Both the position numbers and the translations under genes were made by a program. The notes under the pieces are model-generated. The model made no database searches, was not told the origin of the DNA, and worked only from the letters and a program-made list of their open reading frames with translations. 64,000 nt of DNA from positions 204,740 through 268,739 of the IMG/VR virus record IMGVR_UViG_3300032296_003307; one strand, written 5' to 3'. Of the stretch, positions 16,444-25,306 are shown one piece after another. The first letter of the stretch is position 1, and each line of letters starts with the position of its first letter.

Positions 16444-16902
16444 ATGTTTAACAGAAATTTTAAATTAAAAGATTGGTTAAAAGAATTTGACGACATTTAT
16501 GAGTCATTAAGTAAATCCGCTTGGGAAATTAAAAACGAAATGGGTTTAGAAGAAAACACTGAATCGGGTGAAAATGAAAACGGTAAGTGGAAAAGAACTA
16601 CCTATACCACACCTGGTAAAAATGGTATAACATACACAGTGACAACTTATCATGTTGGTTCTGATAAAACCGAAACAACTGAAAAAGAAACCGAGATTTA
16701 TATGTTGAAAAAAGAACTTGCTCAGGTAGTGGAAAAACAAGATTTTGAAAAGGCGGTAGAGTTGAGAGATAAAATTAAAAAACTTGAAACATCAAACAAA
16801 GAAATCACTAAATTAGAATCTGATTTGAAATCTGCAATTGACAAAGAAGATTTTGAAACGGCAATCAAACTACGGGACAAAATCAAAAAAATGAAATCCT
16901 AA
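16444..16902 (+). CDS. Double UvrB/UvrC (UVR) motif protein, McsA-like C-terminus
   Basis: LxxxVEKQDFEKAVELRDKIK and LKSAIDKEDFETAIKLRDKIK. Confidence 0.85.
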   Translation: MFNRNFKLKDWLKEFDDIYESLSKSAWEIKNEMGLEENTESGENENGKWKRTTYTTPGKNGITYTVTTYHVGSDKTETTEKETEIYMLKKELAQVVEKQDFEKAVELRDKIKKLETSNKEITKLESDLKSAIDKEDFETAIKLRDKIKKMKS

Positions 16903-16905
16903 TTT

Positions 16906-16935
16906 TAACCCCCGACTTAGTTTCGGGGGTTTTTT
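16906..16935 (+). terminator. Intrinsic terminator
   Basis: AACCCCCGA...TCGGGGGTT followed by a T-run. Confidence 0.8.
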
Positions 16936-16948
16936 ATATTTATATTAT

Positions 16949-17323
16949 ATGAAACTTTGGGAAAAATATTTAGATACGACCAAAAAGGATTTGGCCATTC
17001 TGAATGAATACAGAAAAATGAGAAAAATTTTACAGGATTATGATACCGAAGAATGGCAATTATCTAAAGGAATTAATATCCCAACAGAAGCATATTTTAT
17101 TAGGTCTCAAATAGTTGAACGACTTACAAGCTTAAGAAGTATGTTAGAAAAATTGGGTTTAACTAACACCGAAGAAGAACAGTCGGATTTTACTACCTAC
17201 ATTATGACTAAATTTTCAGAAATAGATAAAGAAATACCTTTACAAAAAGGAAATGAACCCGATAATATAAGCGGAGAAAAAATATGGCAATCAAGAGTCA
17301 AACAATCGAAGGTACAAAGATAA
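16949..17323 (+). CDS. Hypothetical protein
   Basis: 124 aa; TATTTAT at 16937-16943. Confidence 0.65.
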   Translation: MKLWEKYLDTTKKDLAILNEYRKMRKILQDYDTEEWQLSKGINIPTEAYFIRSQIVERLTSLRSMLEKLGLTNTEEEQSDFTTYIMTKFSEIDKEIPLQKGNEPDNISGEKIWQSRVKQSKVQR

Positions 17324-17526
17324 TTAATGAAATAGTTTCAACAAACTTGGTTAAAACTACGTATGACGTAGAAGAAAACAGTTTAATTGCGGAATTTAAA
17401 AATGGTGTACAGTACATATACGAAAAAGTTCCCCATGAACTATACGTAAGGTTTAGAAACGCAGAATCGCAGGGAAATTTTTTTAATACACAAATATCTA
17501 AAAAATATAAATACAAAAAACTTTAA
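17284..17526 (+). CDS. KTSC domain protein
   Basis: STNL..TTYD.EENSLIAEFKNG.QYIYEKVP..LY..F.NAESQGNFFN..I matches the KTSC pattern. Confidence 0.85.
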   Translation: MAIKSQTIEGTKIINEIVSTNLVKTTYDVEENSLIAEFKNGVQYIYEKVPHELYVRFRNAESQGNFFNTQISKKYKYKKL

Positions 17527-17548
17527 CATTTCCTTGTATTTATTATGG

Positions 17549-18301
17549 ATGGCAATTGATAAAGAAATAATTAACTCTTTTGAACCCAAGGATAAATTAA
17601 ATCCAAAAATTTGGTATACACCAAAAGGGGAAGATACACCAAAATTACAACCTGAAGTTAGAACCGCATTACTTAAATCGGCTCAACTTTTTATTGAGTA
17701 CGTAAAAGTAGATTTTTTCTTTTCGGATATTATTATGCCTGGTTCTTTAGCAAATTACAATTGGTCAAAGTATTCAGATGCGGATGTTCACATCATTGTT
17801 AATTTAGACCAATTTGATAGAGATGAAATTCCTTTATACCAAGAGTTATTTAAAATTAAAAAAACACTTTTTAATAATACTCATAACATTAAAGTTAGGG
17901 GATATGATGTTGAAATGTATATCGAAGATAGTTCTGTCCCAAGATTTTCAGAAGGAACATACTCAATAATGTTTGATGAATGGATTTCGGTTCCAAAAAA
18001 AGAAGAATTTAAAATAGATAAAGAACTTTTAAAAAAGAAAACTAAGAATTGGATGGACCAAATTGATTTGGTAATTAGCCAAACAAAAAAAGAAGATGTT
18101 GATGATATACGTGATTTGTTTAAAAAGATTGATGATAAGTTAAAAAAATATAGAACGGAAGGTCTTAGACAAGGTGGTGAGCAATCTTATGAAAATTTAG
18201 TATTTAAAATTTTAAGAAGAAATGGGTATATTGGAAAGATGAAAGACTACGAAACTGAATTCGTTGATAAAAAGTTATCGGTTGAACAAACTGAAGAATA
18301 A
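17549..18301 (+). CDS. Pol-beta-superfamily nucleotidyltransferase
   Basis: GSLANYNWSKYSDADVH (GS...DxD) and a third acidic residue in YDVEMY. Start MAIDK follows TATTTAT at 17537-17543. Confidence 0.75.
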   Translation: MAIDKEIINSFEPKDKLNPKIWYTPKGEDTPKLQPEVRTALLKSAQLFIEYVKVDFFFSDIIMPGSLANYNWSKYSDADVHIIVNLDQFDRDEIPLYQELFKIKKTLFNNTHNIKVRGYDVEMYIEDSSVPRFSEGTYSIMFDEWISVPKKEEFKIDKELLKKKTKNWMDQIDLVISQTKKEDVDDIRDLFKKIDDKLKKYRTEGLRQGGEQSYENLVFKILRRNGYIGKMKDYETEFVDKKLSVEQTEE

Positions 18302-18341
18302 TTAAATATTCATTAAGTAACGCATATTTATATAGAAAAAA

Positions 18342-19358
18342 ATGGCTTTAGTAACATATACCATAGCACCATGTGCAGGAGGGAGCACATTAGATGTTGA
18401 ATTTAGTGGCTCATCTTTACCCGTGGTCGGCGGGAATTATTATTTAACCTTTACAGGTGCGACAACTCAAGGTTGTTATGAAATTGTTGATACTTCAGAA
18501 CCAGGAACTGGTTCGGATAAAGTTGATACTATGTCAACAAATTATGGTGATTGTGCGACTTGTTTGACGGCAAATCCAACCCCAACCCCAACACCAACAG
18601 TATCCTTGACTCCATCGGTAACCAAGACACCAACCAATACCCCGACTCAAACCAAAACACAGACACAAACACCAACTAAAACACCAACCCAAACTAAAAC
18701 ACCTACAAACACTCCAACACCTACCACAACACCTTCTACTTGCTTTTCAGCAATAACCGACACTACAAATTGGTATTATACAGATTGTTGCGGTAACTTT
18801 CAAGGAGGAAATGAAATAGGTATTACTGTTTGTGTTGATAGTACTAAACCTAATTCGGGTTTGGCAATTTTGGTAGATTTTCCGTGTAGTCAATCATGCC
18901 CTACACCAACACCAACAGCTTCAGTAACTAAAACACCAACAAACACACCAACTAATACACCAACTAAAACATCAACACCAACTAATACACCAACTAAAAC
19001 TCAAACACCTACAAAAACAACAACAAACACACCAACACCTTCACAAACACAAACTAAGACACCAACTAATACACCAACACCAACCAATACACCAACTAAA
19101 ACATCAACCCCAACAATAACACCAACTAAAACCCCTACACAAACGTCAACACCTACACCCTCATTTACTCCCTTTTATTCGATTGAAACAGGTTCTGAGT
19201 ATTTTATGTGTGTAATTTGTCCCGACGAAGGATTAACAGGTTATACCTATACACCAACAACAGTTCCACATCCAGCAGCAGCAAACGCACAGGAAAACGT
19301 AACTATATACCAAAGAGGTGCAGTCGTAATTGGCGGACCTGATGGATTAAACTCATAA
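18342..19358 (+). CDS. Thr/Pro-repeat (mucin-like) protein with small Cys-rich modules; putative virion surface protein
   Basis: Two long (TPT/TKT/TNT)n tracts separated by Cys-rich motifs. Confidence 0.7.
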   Translation: MALVTYTIAPCAGGSTLDVEFSGSSLPVVGGNYYLTFTGATTQGCYEIVDTSEPGTGSDKVDTMSTNYGDCATCLTANPTPTPTPTVSLTPSVTKTPTNTPTQTKTQTQTPTKTPTQTKTPTNTPTPTTTPSTCFSAITDTTNWYYTDCCGNFQGGNEIGITVCVDSTKPNSGLAILVDFPCSQSCPTPTPTASVTKTPTNTPTNTPTKTSTPTNTPTKTQTPTKTTTNTPTPSQTQTKTPTNTPTPTNTPTKTSTPTITPTKTPTQTSTPTPSFTPFYSIETGSEYFMCVICPDEGLTGYTYTPTTVPHPAAANAQENVTIYQRGAVVIGGPDGLNS

Positions 19359-19382
19359 TAAAATAAAATAAAAAACTATATC

Positions 19383-20720
19383 ATGGCAGATTTAAAACCA
19401 ATCGGTAGTGAAAAACTCCAAGGACAGGATAAAATTTCAAGAATTTTGCAAATTGCAAATTATAAAGAAGTCCGCCCTTCAAATATAAACGAAACATCCA
19501 AAGATGAATATAGTAGAACTTTGGCTGATGGTAATGAATACCATATTGTAAAAGAAAAATTGGGTTACGTTATCAAGAAAAAAGTTAACGAGTCTTTAGA
19601 ATACATAGACCAAATGCAAAATAGAAAGCATTACGACTCATATGGTTCCGCACTTAAAAGACTAAACTTAATGATTAAAGAACAAAACATACTCCATGGT
19701 AATGATGAGGGTATCTCTTTGTTTGGTGAACAGAAAAAATTTGTACTAAAAACACCAAAACCAAAAGCACCTGAGGGCGATGATACACCAGCACCACCAA
19801 TGGCAGATGTTCCGCCAGCACCCGCAGAACCGGGCGGAGGAACAGGTCTATCATATGGCGGAGATACACCACCAACAGGAGGAGATGATATGCCACCTCC
19901 ACCACCTGGTGACGAGATGGGCGGTGATTTAGCACCTGAACCTGGTATGGGTGATGAAGGTGATTTGGCTCCTGATATGGGTGGAGAAGAGGGAGATATT
20001 GAACCTGCGGAACCTGATGACGAAGGCGAGGTTACAATGAAAACGATTCAAAAATTAACAGGTAAACTTGGTCAAAAAATCAGAATGATTAACGATTCTG
20101 TCGGAATGACTTCTGATGACGTAAAGTATGTAATTAACTCAATATTATCGGCTTTAAATGTTTCTTTACTCGATGAAGACGACAGACAAGACATCATTGA
20201 CAGATTAGAAGAAATGCCTGAAGATATGGGCGATGAAGGAGATGAATCAGGATTGATACCTGAACCTGACGGTATGGACATTGGTGATGAAGGAGATGAA
20301 GGAGGGTTAATTCCTGAACCAGAAGGAGAAATGACTGAAGAAGTCCCTACTTACGGTAAAGGATACAAACCCGGCGACAATCATCCTTACACTACAAAAG
20401 TTAGTAAAATAATGGATTCTGTTTTTGCAGAATCTAAAGTAGATAAAGTTCTTAAATCATACTTCAATATTTCTGAGTCAGAAAAAAAATTCAAGAAAAA
20501 TATTGAGATTCAAAAGGGTGTGGAAAGAGCGGATAAAATTAAAAGAACTTTAGGTCAGATAAAGAAACTTAGTGAGACCGTTGAGCAACAAATGGCATCT
20601 GAATTTATAATTAAAGAAAATTCTGAATTTACATTAGTTGGTAAAACCAATAAAGATAATTTAATTTTTGAACACGAGGGAACTCAAATCAAAATCACAC
20701 CAAGAGGCGAAATTCTATGA
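19383..20720 (+). CDS. Hypothetical protein with a Pro/Gly/acidic disordered linker (head module)
   Basis: 445-aa ORF in the run leading to the terminase. Confidence 0.75.
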   Translation: MADLKPIGSEKLQGQDKISRILQIANYKEVRPSNINETSKDEYSRTLADGNEYHIVKEKLGYVIKKKVNESLEYIDQMQNRKHYDSYGSALKRLNLMIKEQNILHGNDEGISLFGEQKKFVLKTPKPKAPEGDDTPAPPMADVPPAPAEPGGGTGLSYGGDTPPTGGDDMPPPPPGDEMGGDLAPEPGMGDEGDLAPDMGGEEGDIEPAEPDDEGEVTMKTIQKLTGKLGQKIRMINDSVGMTSDDVKYVINSILSALNVSLLDEDDRQDIIDRLEEMPEDMGDEGDESGLIPEPDGMDIGDEGDEGGLIPEPEGEMTEEVPTYGKGYKPGDNHPYTTKVSKIMDSVFAESKVDKVLKSYFNISESEKKFKKNIEIQKGVERADKIKRTLGQIKKLSETVEQQMASEFIIKENSEFTLVGKTNKDNLIFEHEGTQIKITPRGEIL

Positions 20721-21115
20721 GTCATCTAATCTATGTAAATGGTTTAGGACCTAATTACAAAGGTGATAATATGTATGAGTTCATATTTAGTGACGAATTT
20801 GATGTTTGGGGGGAAGGATGGGATAGAAAACCGGCACACGGAGCTCCTCTTCCCCCCGAACTTAACTACATAAAAAAAGTTGGAGTTCTTAAAAATACCG
20901 AAATAATATTAGAATTAATTCAAAACTCCGATTATTTTGCGGTTACAGATGCTATGGAGGATGTAATTGCATTAGCCTGGGAAACTGATGAATCATGTGA
21001 AAACGAAAAAAGATTAGTTTTTAAGTTTGGCGATTCGGAAGATACCATAAAAGACAAGTTGTACGAAAGAGATTTGTTAATACATTTTGAAAAAGAAGAA
21101 ATCTATGAGAGCTAA
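20717..21115 (+). CDS. Hypothetical protein
   Basis: ATGA overlap with the upstream gene. Confidence 0.75.
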   Translation: MSHLIYVNGLGPNYKGDNMYEFIFSDEFDVWGEGWDRKPAHGAPLPPELNYIKKVGVLKNTEIILELIQNSDYFAVTDAMEDVIALAWETDESCENEKRLVFKFGDSEDTIKDKLYERDLLIHFEKEEIYES

Positions 21116-21965
21116 TAAAATAAAATTTTTAATGGAAAACGGATTACCGTCAAATTTCCTAATAAATTTAACTGACAGTCAGTTAAATACTTTACACAAC
21201 AGATATTTGAGTGAACAACCCCAAACTAAGGGTACTCTAAAAGTGCCTGCCGGTTCACAAGCTGAAAAAGACGCTCAAGCAAAAAAAATACCTTACATGA
21301 CTTATGAAGAAGAAATGAGAGAAACCGAAGAAGACCCAATGGACTTTGAAAAAGGGGCTAGAAGTCAAGATGCAAAACAAGTTGGTCCCGCATCTGATGA
21401 CGGGTTTGGTAACTATGACGACGGTACGGGTGAGTTCACCGAAGGTAAGAAAAAATCCAAATATAACGCTTGGGCAATCTGCACATCACAAATGGGTAAA
21501 GAGTTTAAAACCACTGAAAGAAGTCAGTGGTCAGCAAAACAAAAAAACAAATACGAAAGATGTGTAAAAGATGTTAAGCAATCGTTGAAGGAAGGAAAAG
21601 ACCCTTACGTATCTTTGTTGGAATCAAAAGTGATGAACATGGTACAATCAAATATCCTTCCTGGTATGACTAAAAATGATTTGATAAAAATGGTTAAAGA
21701 AAACATGCAAATGGTTAGTTTCAAAAAATTGGACAAACCAATTGGAAAAATGTATTCTTCTAAAAAATCAAATCCTATGGAGACAGTAATGGCGGAACCC
21801 GCAACAAAACCAAAAACAGCACCTCCTAAAATTAAACCAGGAACAAGACCAAAGACAACACCAAATCCCTACCAACCACCAAAAGAAACACCAAAAGAAA
21901 AACCAAGAGCAGAAGACTATAAGTCAATGTTTATTCAGGCATTAAATCAATTATTGGGTAAGTAA
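21105..21965 (+). CDS. Hypothetical protein
   Basis: Likely start MRANK; Pro/Lys-rich tail. Confidence 0.7.
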   Translation: MRANKIKFLMENGLPSNFLINLTDSQLNTLHNRYLSEQPQTKGTLKVPAGSQAEKDAQAKKIPYMTYEEEMRETEEDPMDFEKGARSQDAKQVGPASDDGFGNYDDGTGEFTEGKKKSKYNAWAICTSQMGKEFKTTERSQWSAKQKNKYERCVKDVKQSLKEGKDPYVSLLESKVMNMVQSNILPGMTKNDLIKMVKENMQMVSFKKLDKPIGKMYSSKKSNPMETVMAEPATKPKTAPPKIKPGTRPKTTPNPYQPPKETPKEKPRAEDYKSMFIQALNQLLGK

Positions 21966-21969
21966 TAAA

Positions 21970-23469
21970 ATGGCAAAAAAATTAAGAACTGAAGCACCTA
22001 TGGATTTTGGGGATATGCCCGAAAGACCCGCAAGAGGAATCCAAAGAAGATTGGCTAGCGGAGAAACTATTTTCCAAGGTAATCCCGCAATTCCTCAAAC
22101 AGGTGGGGATACTTCTTACCTTGAGAAAAATGCAAGTCAAAGATTTGCTGAAGTTATTCAAATGGCGCGTAGATTTACAGGTAGGGATGACCTATCGTCA
22201 AGTGCGGTAATCAATATGTTGGCAATGCAATTGATGAGAGATGTTCAAACAGTGATTAACTTAGAAACATCAAATCAACAAACCGCACAAGAATTGATTA
22301 ATTATGCTATAGATATTATCCAAAAAGAGTATAAGATAACCGATTGTTCTTACTTGTTTGATGTTGGTTTTGTTGATTTATATGGAATCCCTTCGTCAAC
22401 ATTTAGAACAAGACCTGAACCAAGAAGACAACAACCTGAACCGGAACCTGAGGATGACGAAGAAGAACAAAATGAACCTAATTTTGATTTCCCTTCTTTT
22501 GAAACTCCCGAGATAGAAAGAACCGATGAAGATTTTGTATTGGAAAAACACAAAAGACAAATTATTAACTCTTTAATTCAGGGAGCTGCAAAAAAATTCC
22601 ATTGGATAATATTAGACCCAGAAGTTGCCACGGCATTAAATGCCATTAGCCCTCAATTACAACCCGCATACACAAGAATTATGGCAATAAACGATTTGTT
22701 GTATTGGACTATGGACGATATGATACAACAAATGTCGGGTTCAGGTGAAGGCGCTGGCGGTTCTTCTGAAGCTAATTATGACGAAGAAGAAGGATATCCT
22801 GAATGGAGAGCCGGTCAAACATACAACAAAAGAGACATTGTTCAATTTAATGGTGCGGAATATTTGTGTAAGACAGAACAAGTAACATCAAATATAAATC
22901 CTGAAGATGATGACACAAATTGGTGTCCAAAACCAGGTGTTAAATTAACTGTTAGGGCAACGACATTTGTAATTATGGTTCACGAATTAGGTAAGGCGGT
23001 TGAGTCTGCGTTGGGTAGATTTGGATTACCTGAAAATCCTATATTAGCGGCGGATGTTATGGGTCAAACTGATACTATGATGGCAGAACCTGACCAATTA
23101 AGATTGGGTCCAAAAATGGTTGAGAAGTTAAGGAGTTTATTGCCAAATGAACTATATGATGAAGATGCGGGAGATTTGATGAACTGGTTTAAAATGTATT
23201 TTTACAAAAAACCCGCACAGGAATTCTTAGAATTGGTTAAAAATGTTTTGTCTGACAATCCAAGAGATAATGATAAGGCGAAACGAGAGTTTGAATATGT
23301 TTTAAGGGATGCTAAAAAGGCTCGTGAGACTTATTTAAGTGGTGGAGACGATGAAGAAGACTACTATGGTGATGATGACGATGAAACACCACCATCAGGT
23401 CCTGATGATGAAGGTTTTGATGACTTGGATTCAATGTTAAAAGGTCTCGGAATAGATACCTCCAAATAA
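21970..23469 (+). CDS. Hypothetical protein with an inserted CBM5/12-like (chitin-binding type 3) module
   Basis: YPEWRAGQTYNKRDIVQFNGAEYLC...P....NW matches the CBM5/12 aromatic pattern. Confidence 0.65.
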   Translation: MAKKLRTEAPMDFGDMPERPARGIQRRLASGETIFQGNPAIPQTGGDTSYLEKNASQRFAEVIQMARRFTGRDDLSSSAVINMLAMQLMRDVQTVINLETSNQQTAQELINYAIDIIQKEYKITDCSYLFDVGFVDLYGIPSSTFRTRPEPRRQQPEPEPEDDEEEQNEPNFDFPSFETPEIERTDEDFVLEKHKRQIINSLIQGAAKKFHWIILDPEVATALNAISPQLQPAYTRIMAINDLLYWTMDDMIQQMSGSGEGAGGSSEANYDEEEGYPEWRAGQTYNKRDIVQFNGAEYLCKTEQVTSNINPEDDDTNWCPKPGVKLTVRATTFVIMVHELGKAVESALGRFGLPENPILAADVMGQTDTMMAEPDQLRLGPKMVEKLRSLLPNELYDEDAGDLMNWFKMYFYKKPAQEFLELVKNVLSDNPRDNDKAKREFEYVLRDAKKARETYLSGGDDEEDYYGDDDDETPPSGPDDEGFDDLDSMLKGLGIDTSK

Positions 23470-23476
23470 TAAGAAT

Positions 23477-23507
23477 AACCCTATATTTATTGATATAGGG
23501 TTTTTTT
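23477..23507 (+). terminator. Terminator-like hairpin containing the TATTTAT motif, directly abutting the terminase ATG
   Basis: AACCCTATAT-ttattg-ATATAGGGTT plus a T-run ending at 23507. Confidence 0.7.
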
Positions 23508-25280
23508 ATGGCAATAACTAAAGAACAGTTACTTTTAGAGAAAGCGAGATGTATTAAAAGTACATACTACGCACTTAAAACGTACTTACAAACTTACGAC
23601 AACACACAATCAAAATATGTTCCGTTGGAACTATTTCCTGACCAACAAAGGTTAATTGAAGATTATGATAAATATAACGAAAACATTGCGTTAAAGTATC
23701 GTCAGGCGGGTGTGTCTACGGTAACCGCCGCTTGGGTGTCTAAAAAATTAGTCTTCGCTAATTCACAACAACCTGAAAAAATATTGATAATCGCCAACAA
23801 GCTTGACACCGCAGTGGAAATGGCAAACAAAGTTAGAGAATTTACCGAACAATGGCCCAAGTGGTTGAATGTTGGTTTTTCTCCTGAAAAAAATGCAGCA
23901 AGACATTTTAAGTTAACAAATAAGTGTGAAGTAAAAGCGGTGGCAACATCAAAAGACGCACTTCGTGGTTATACCCCAACCATACTTATATTTGATGAGG
24001 CGGCTTATATAGACGCTGACGATGATTTTTGGGCGGCTTGTATGGCATCACTTTCCACAGGTGGTAAAGTGATTGTAATTTCAACCCCAAACGGATATGA
24101 CCCAATTTATTACAGTATTTACGAACAAGCAAACAAAGGGGTTAACGAATTTAAAATTTCCGACATGTATTGGTACCGTGACCCAAGATACACGAGGGAT
24201 TTATACATGGTAAAAACAGAAAGTTTGGTTGATTATCTATTAGATAGAAACAATTTTCCAAACACAGAAATACTGGATTTAAGTGGTAATCCATTTGAAA
24301 GGGATATTGAAAAGGTTCAAGAGTTAATTTCCCAAGGGTACAAACCATGTTCGGCTTGGTTCGAATCCATGGTTAAAAAACTTAAATTTGACAAAAGAAA
24401 AATATCACAGGAATTAGAATGTAATTTTTTGGGTTCAGGTGATAACGTATTTGATTCTAATTTGCTTCACAAAATTTCCGAAACTATGATAAAAGAACCG
24501 TCATCAAAAATGATGACAAATAGTTTGTGGATTTGGAAAGAACCTATTATGGGTCACAAATATGTTATGGGTGTCGACGTATCTCGTGGCGACTCTGAAG
24601 ACTTTTCATCAATCCAAATTATCGATTTTGATGAAAGAGAACAAGTATTGGAGTATGTTGGAAAAACACCTCCTGATATGTTGGCTGAAATTGCCTACAA
24701 ATGGGCTACTATGTATTCGGCGTATATTGTAGTCGATATTACCGGTGGTATGGGGGTTGCCACATCAAGAAAACTACAAGAACTTGGATATAGGGATTTA
24801 TATGTTGATGGTGTTGAAATGGGAAATAAATGGAAATACGACCCAAAGACCGCTGATAAAATACCTGGCATCAACTTCAATTCTAAACGTGTTCAAATTA
24901 TCAGTTCGTTTGAAGAAGGAATTAGACATGGTTTTAAAATCTATTCATTAAGATTATTGAATGAAATGAACACGTTTGTTTATATAAATGGAAGACCCGA
25001 CCACATGAAAGGTCAGCATGATGACTTGTTAATGAGTTTGGCAATGGCGATTTATGTAAGTGAAATGTCATTCACTCAATTGAAAAAAGTGGACGATTTA
25101 ACAAAAGTTATGTTAGAATCTTGGACAGTAAATAAACACGATAATTCCGCAATAACCGATTTTAATCCAAATATACCGGTATTTGTTAATGACGATAATA
25201 AGAATATTTTTAGAAATCAACCGACAAGACAAGATTATCAAGATTATAGATGGGTCTTCGGAGGAATGGGGTTTAAATAA
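23508..25280 (+). CDS. terL: Terminase large subunit (T4 gp17-like)
   Basis: LKYRQAGVST ATPase motif, ILIFDEAA Walker B, ISTPNG coupling motif, nuclease motifs GVDVSRG and HDDL. Confidence 0.95.
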   Translation: MAITKEQLLLEKARCIKSTYYALKTYLQTYDNTQSKYVPLELFPDQQRLIEDYDKYNENIALKYRQAGVSTVTAAWVSKKLVFANSQQPEKILIIANKLDTAVEMANKVREFTEQWPKWLNVGFSPEKNAARHFKLTNKCEVKAVATSKDALRGYTPTILIFDEAAYIDADDDFWAACMASLSTGGKVIVISTPNGYDPIYYSIYEQANKGVNEFKISDMYWYRDPRYTRDLYMVKTESLVDYLLDRNNFPNTEILDLSGNPFERDIEKVQELISQGYKPCSAWFESMVKKLKFDKRKISQELECNFLGSGDNVFDSNLLHKISETMIKEPSSKMMTNSLWIWKEPIMGHKYVMGVDVSRGDSEDFSSIQIIDFDEREQVLEYVGKTPPDMLAEIAYKWATMYSAYIVVDITGGMGVATSRKLQELGYRDLYVDGVEMGNKWKYDPKTADKIPGINFNSKRVQIISSFEEGIRHGFKIYSLRLLNEMNTFVYINGRPDHMKGQHDDLLMSLAMAIYVSEMSFTQLKKVDDLTKVMLESWTVNKHDNSAITDFNPNIPVFVNDDNKNIFRNQPTRQDYQDYRWVFGGMGFK

Positions 25281-25306
25281 ATCAATATCAAATTATATTT
25301 AAAGAT

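Noticed and set aside
18580-19170. CRISPR array or non-coding tandem repeat in the ACACCA-rich tracts (also 30268-30480 and 61540-61720)
   Set aside because: These are in-frame low-complexity coding repeats without repeat-spacer architecture.
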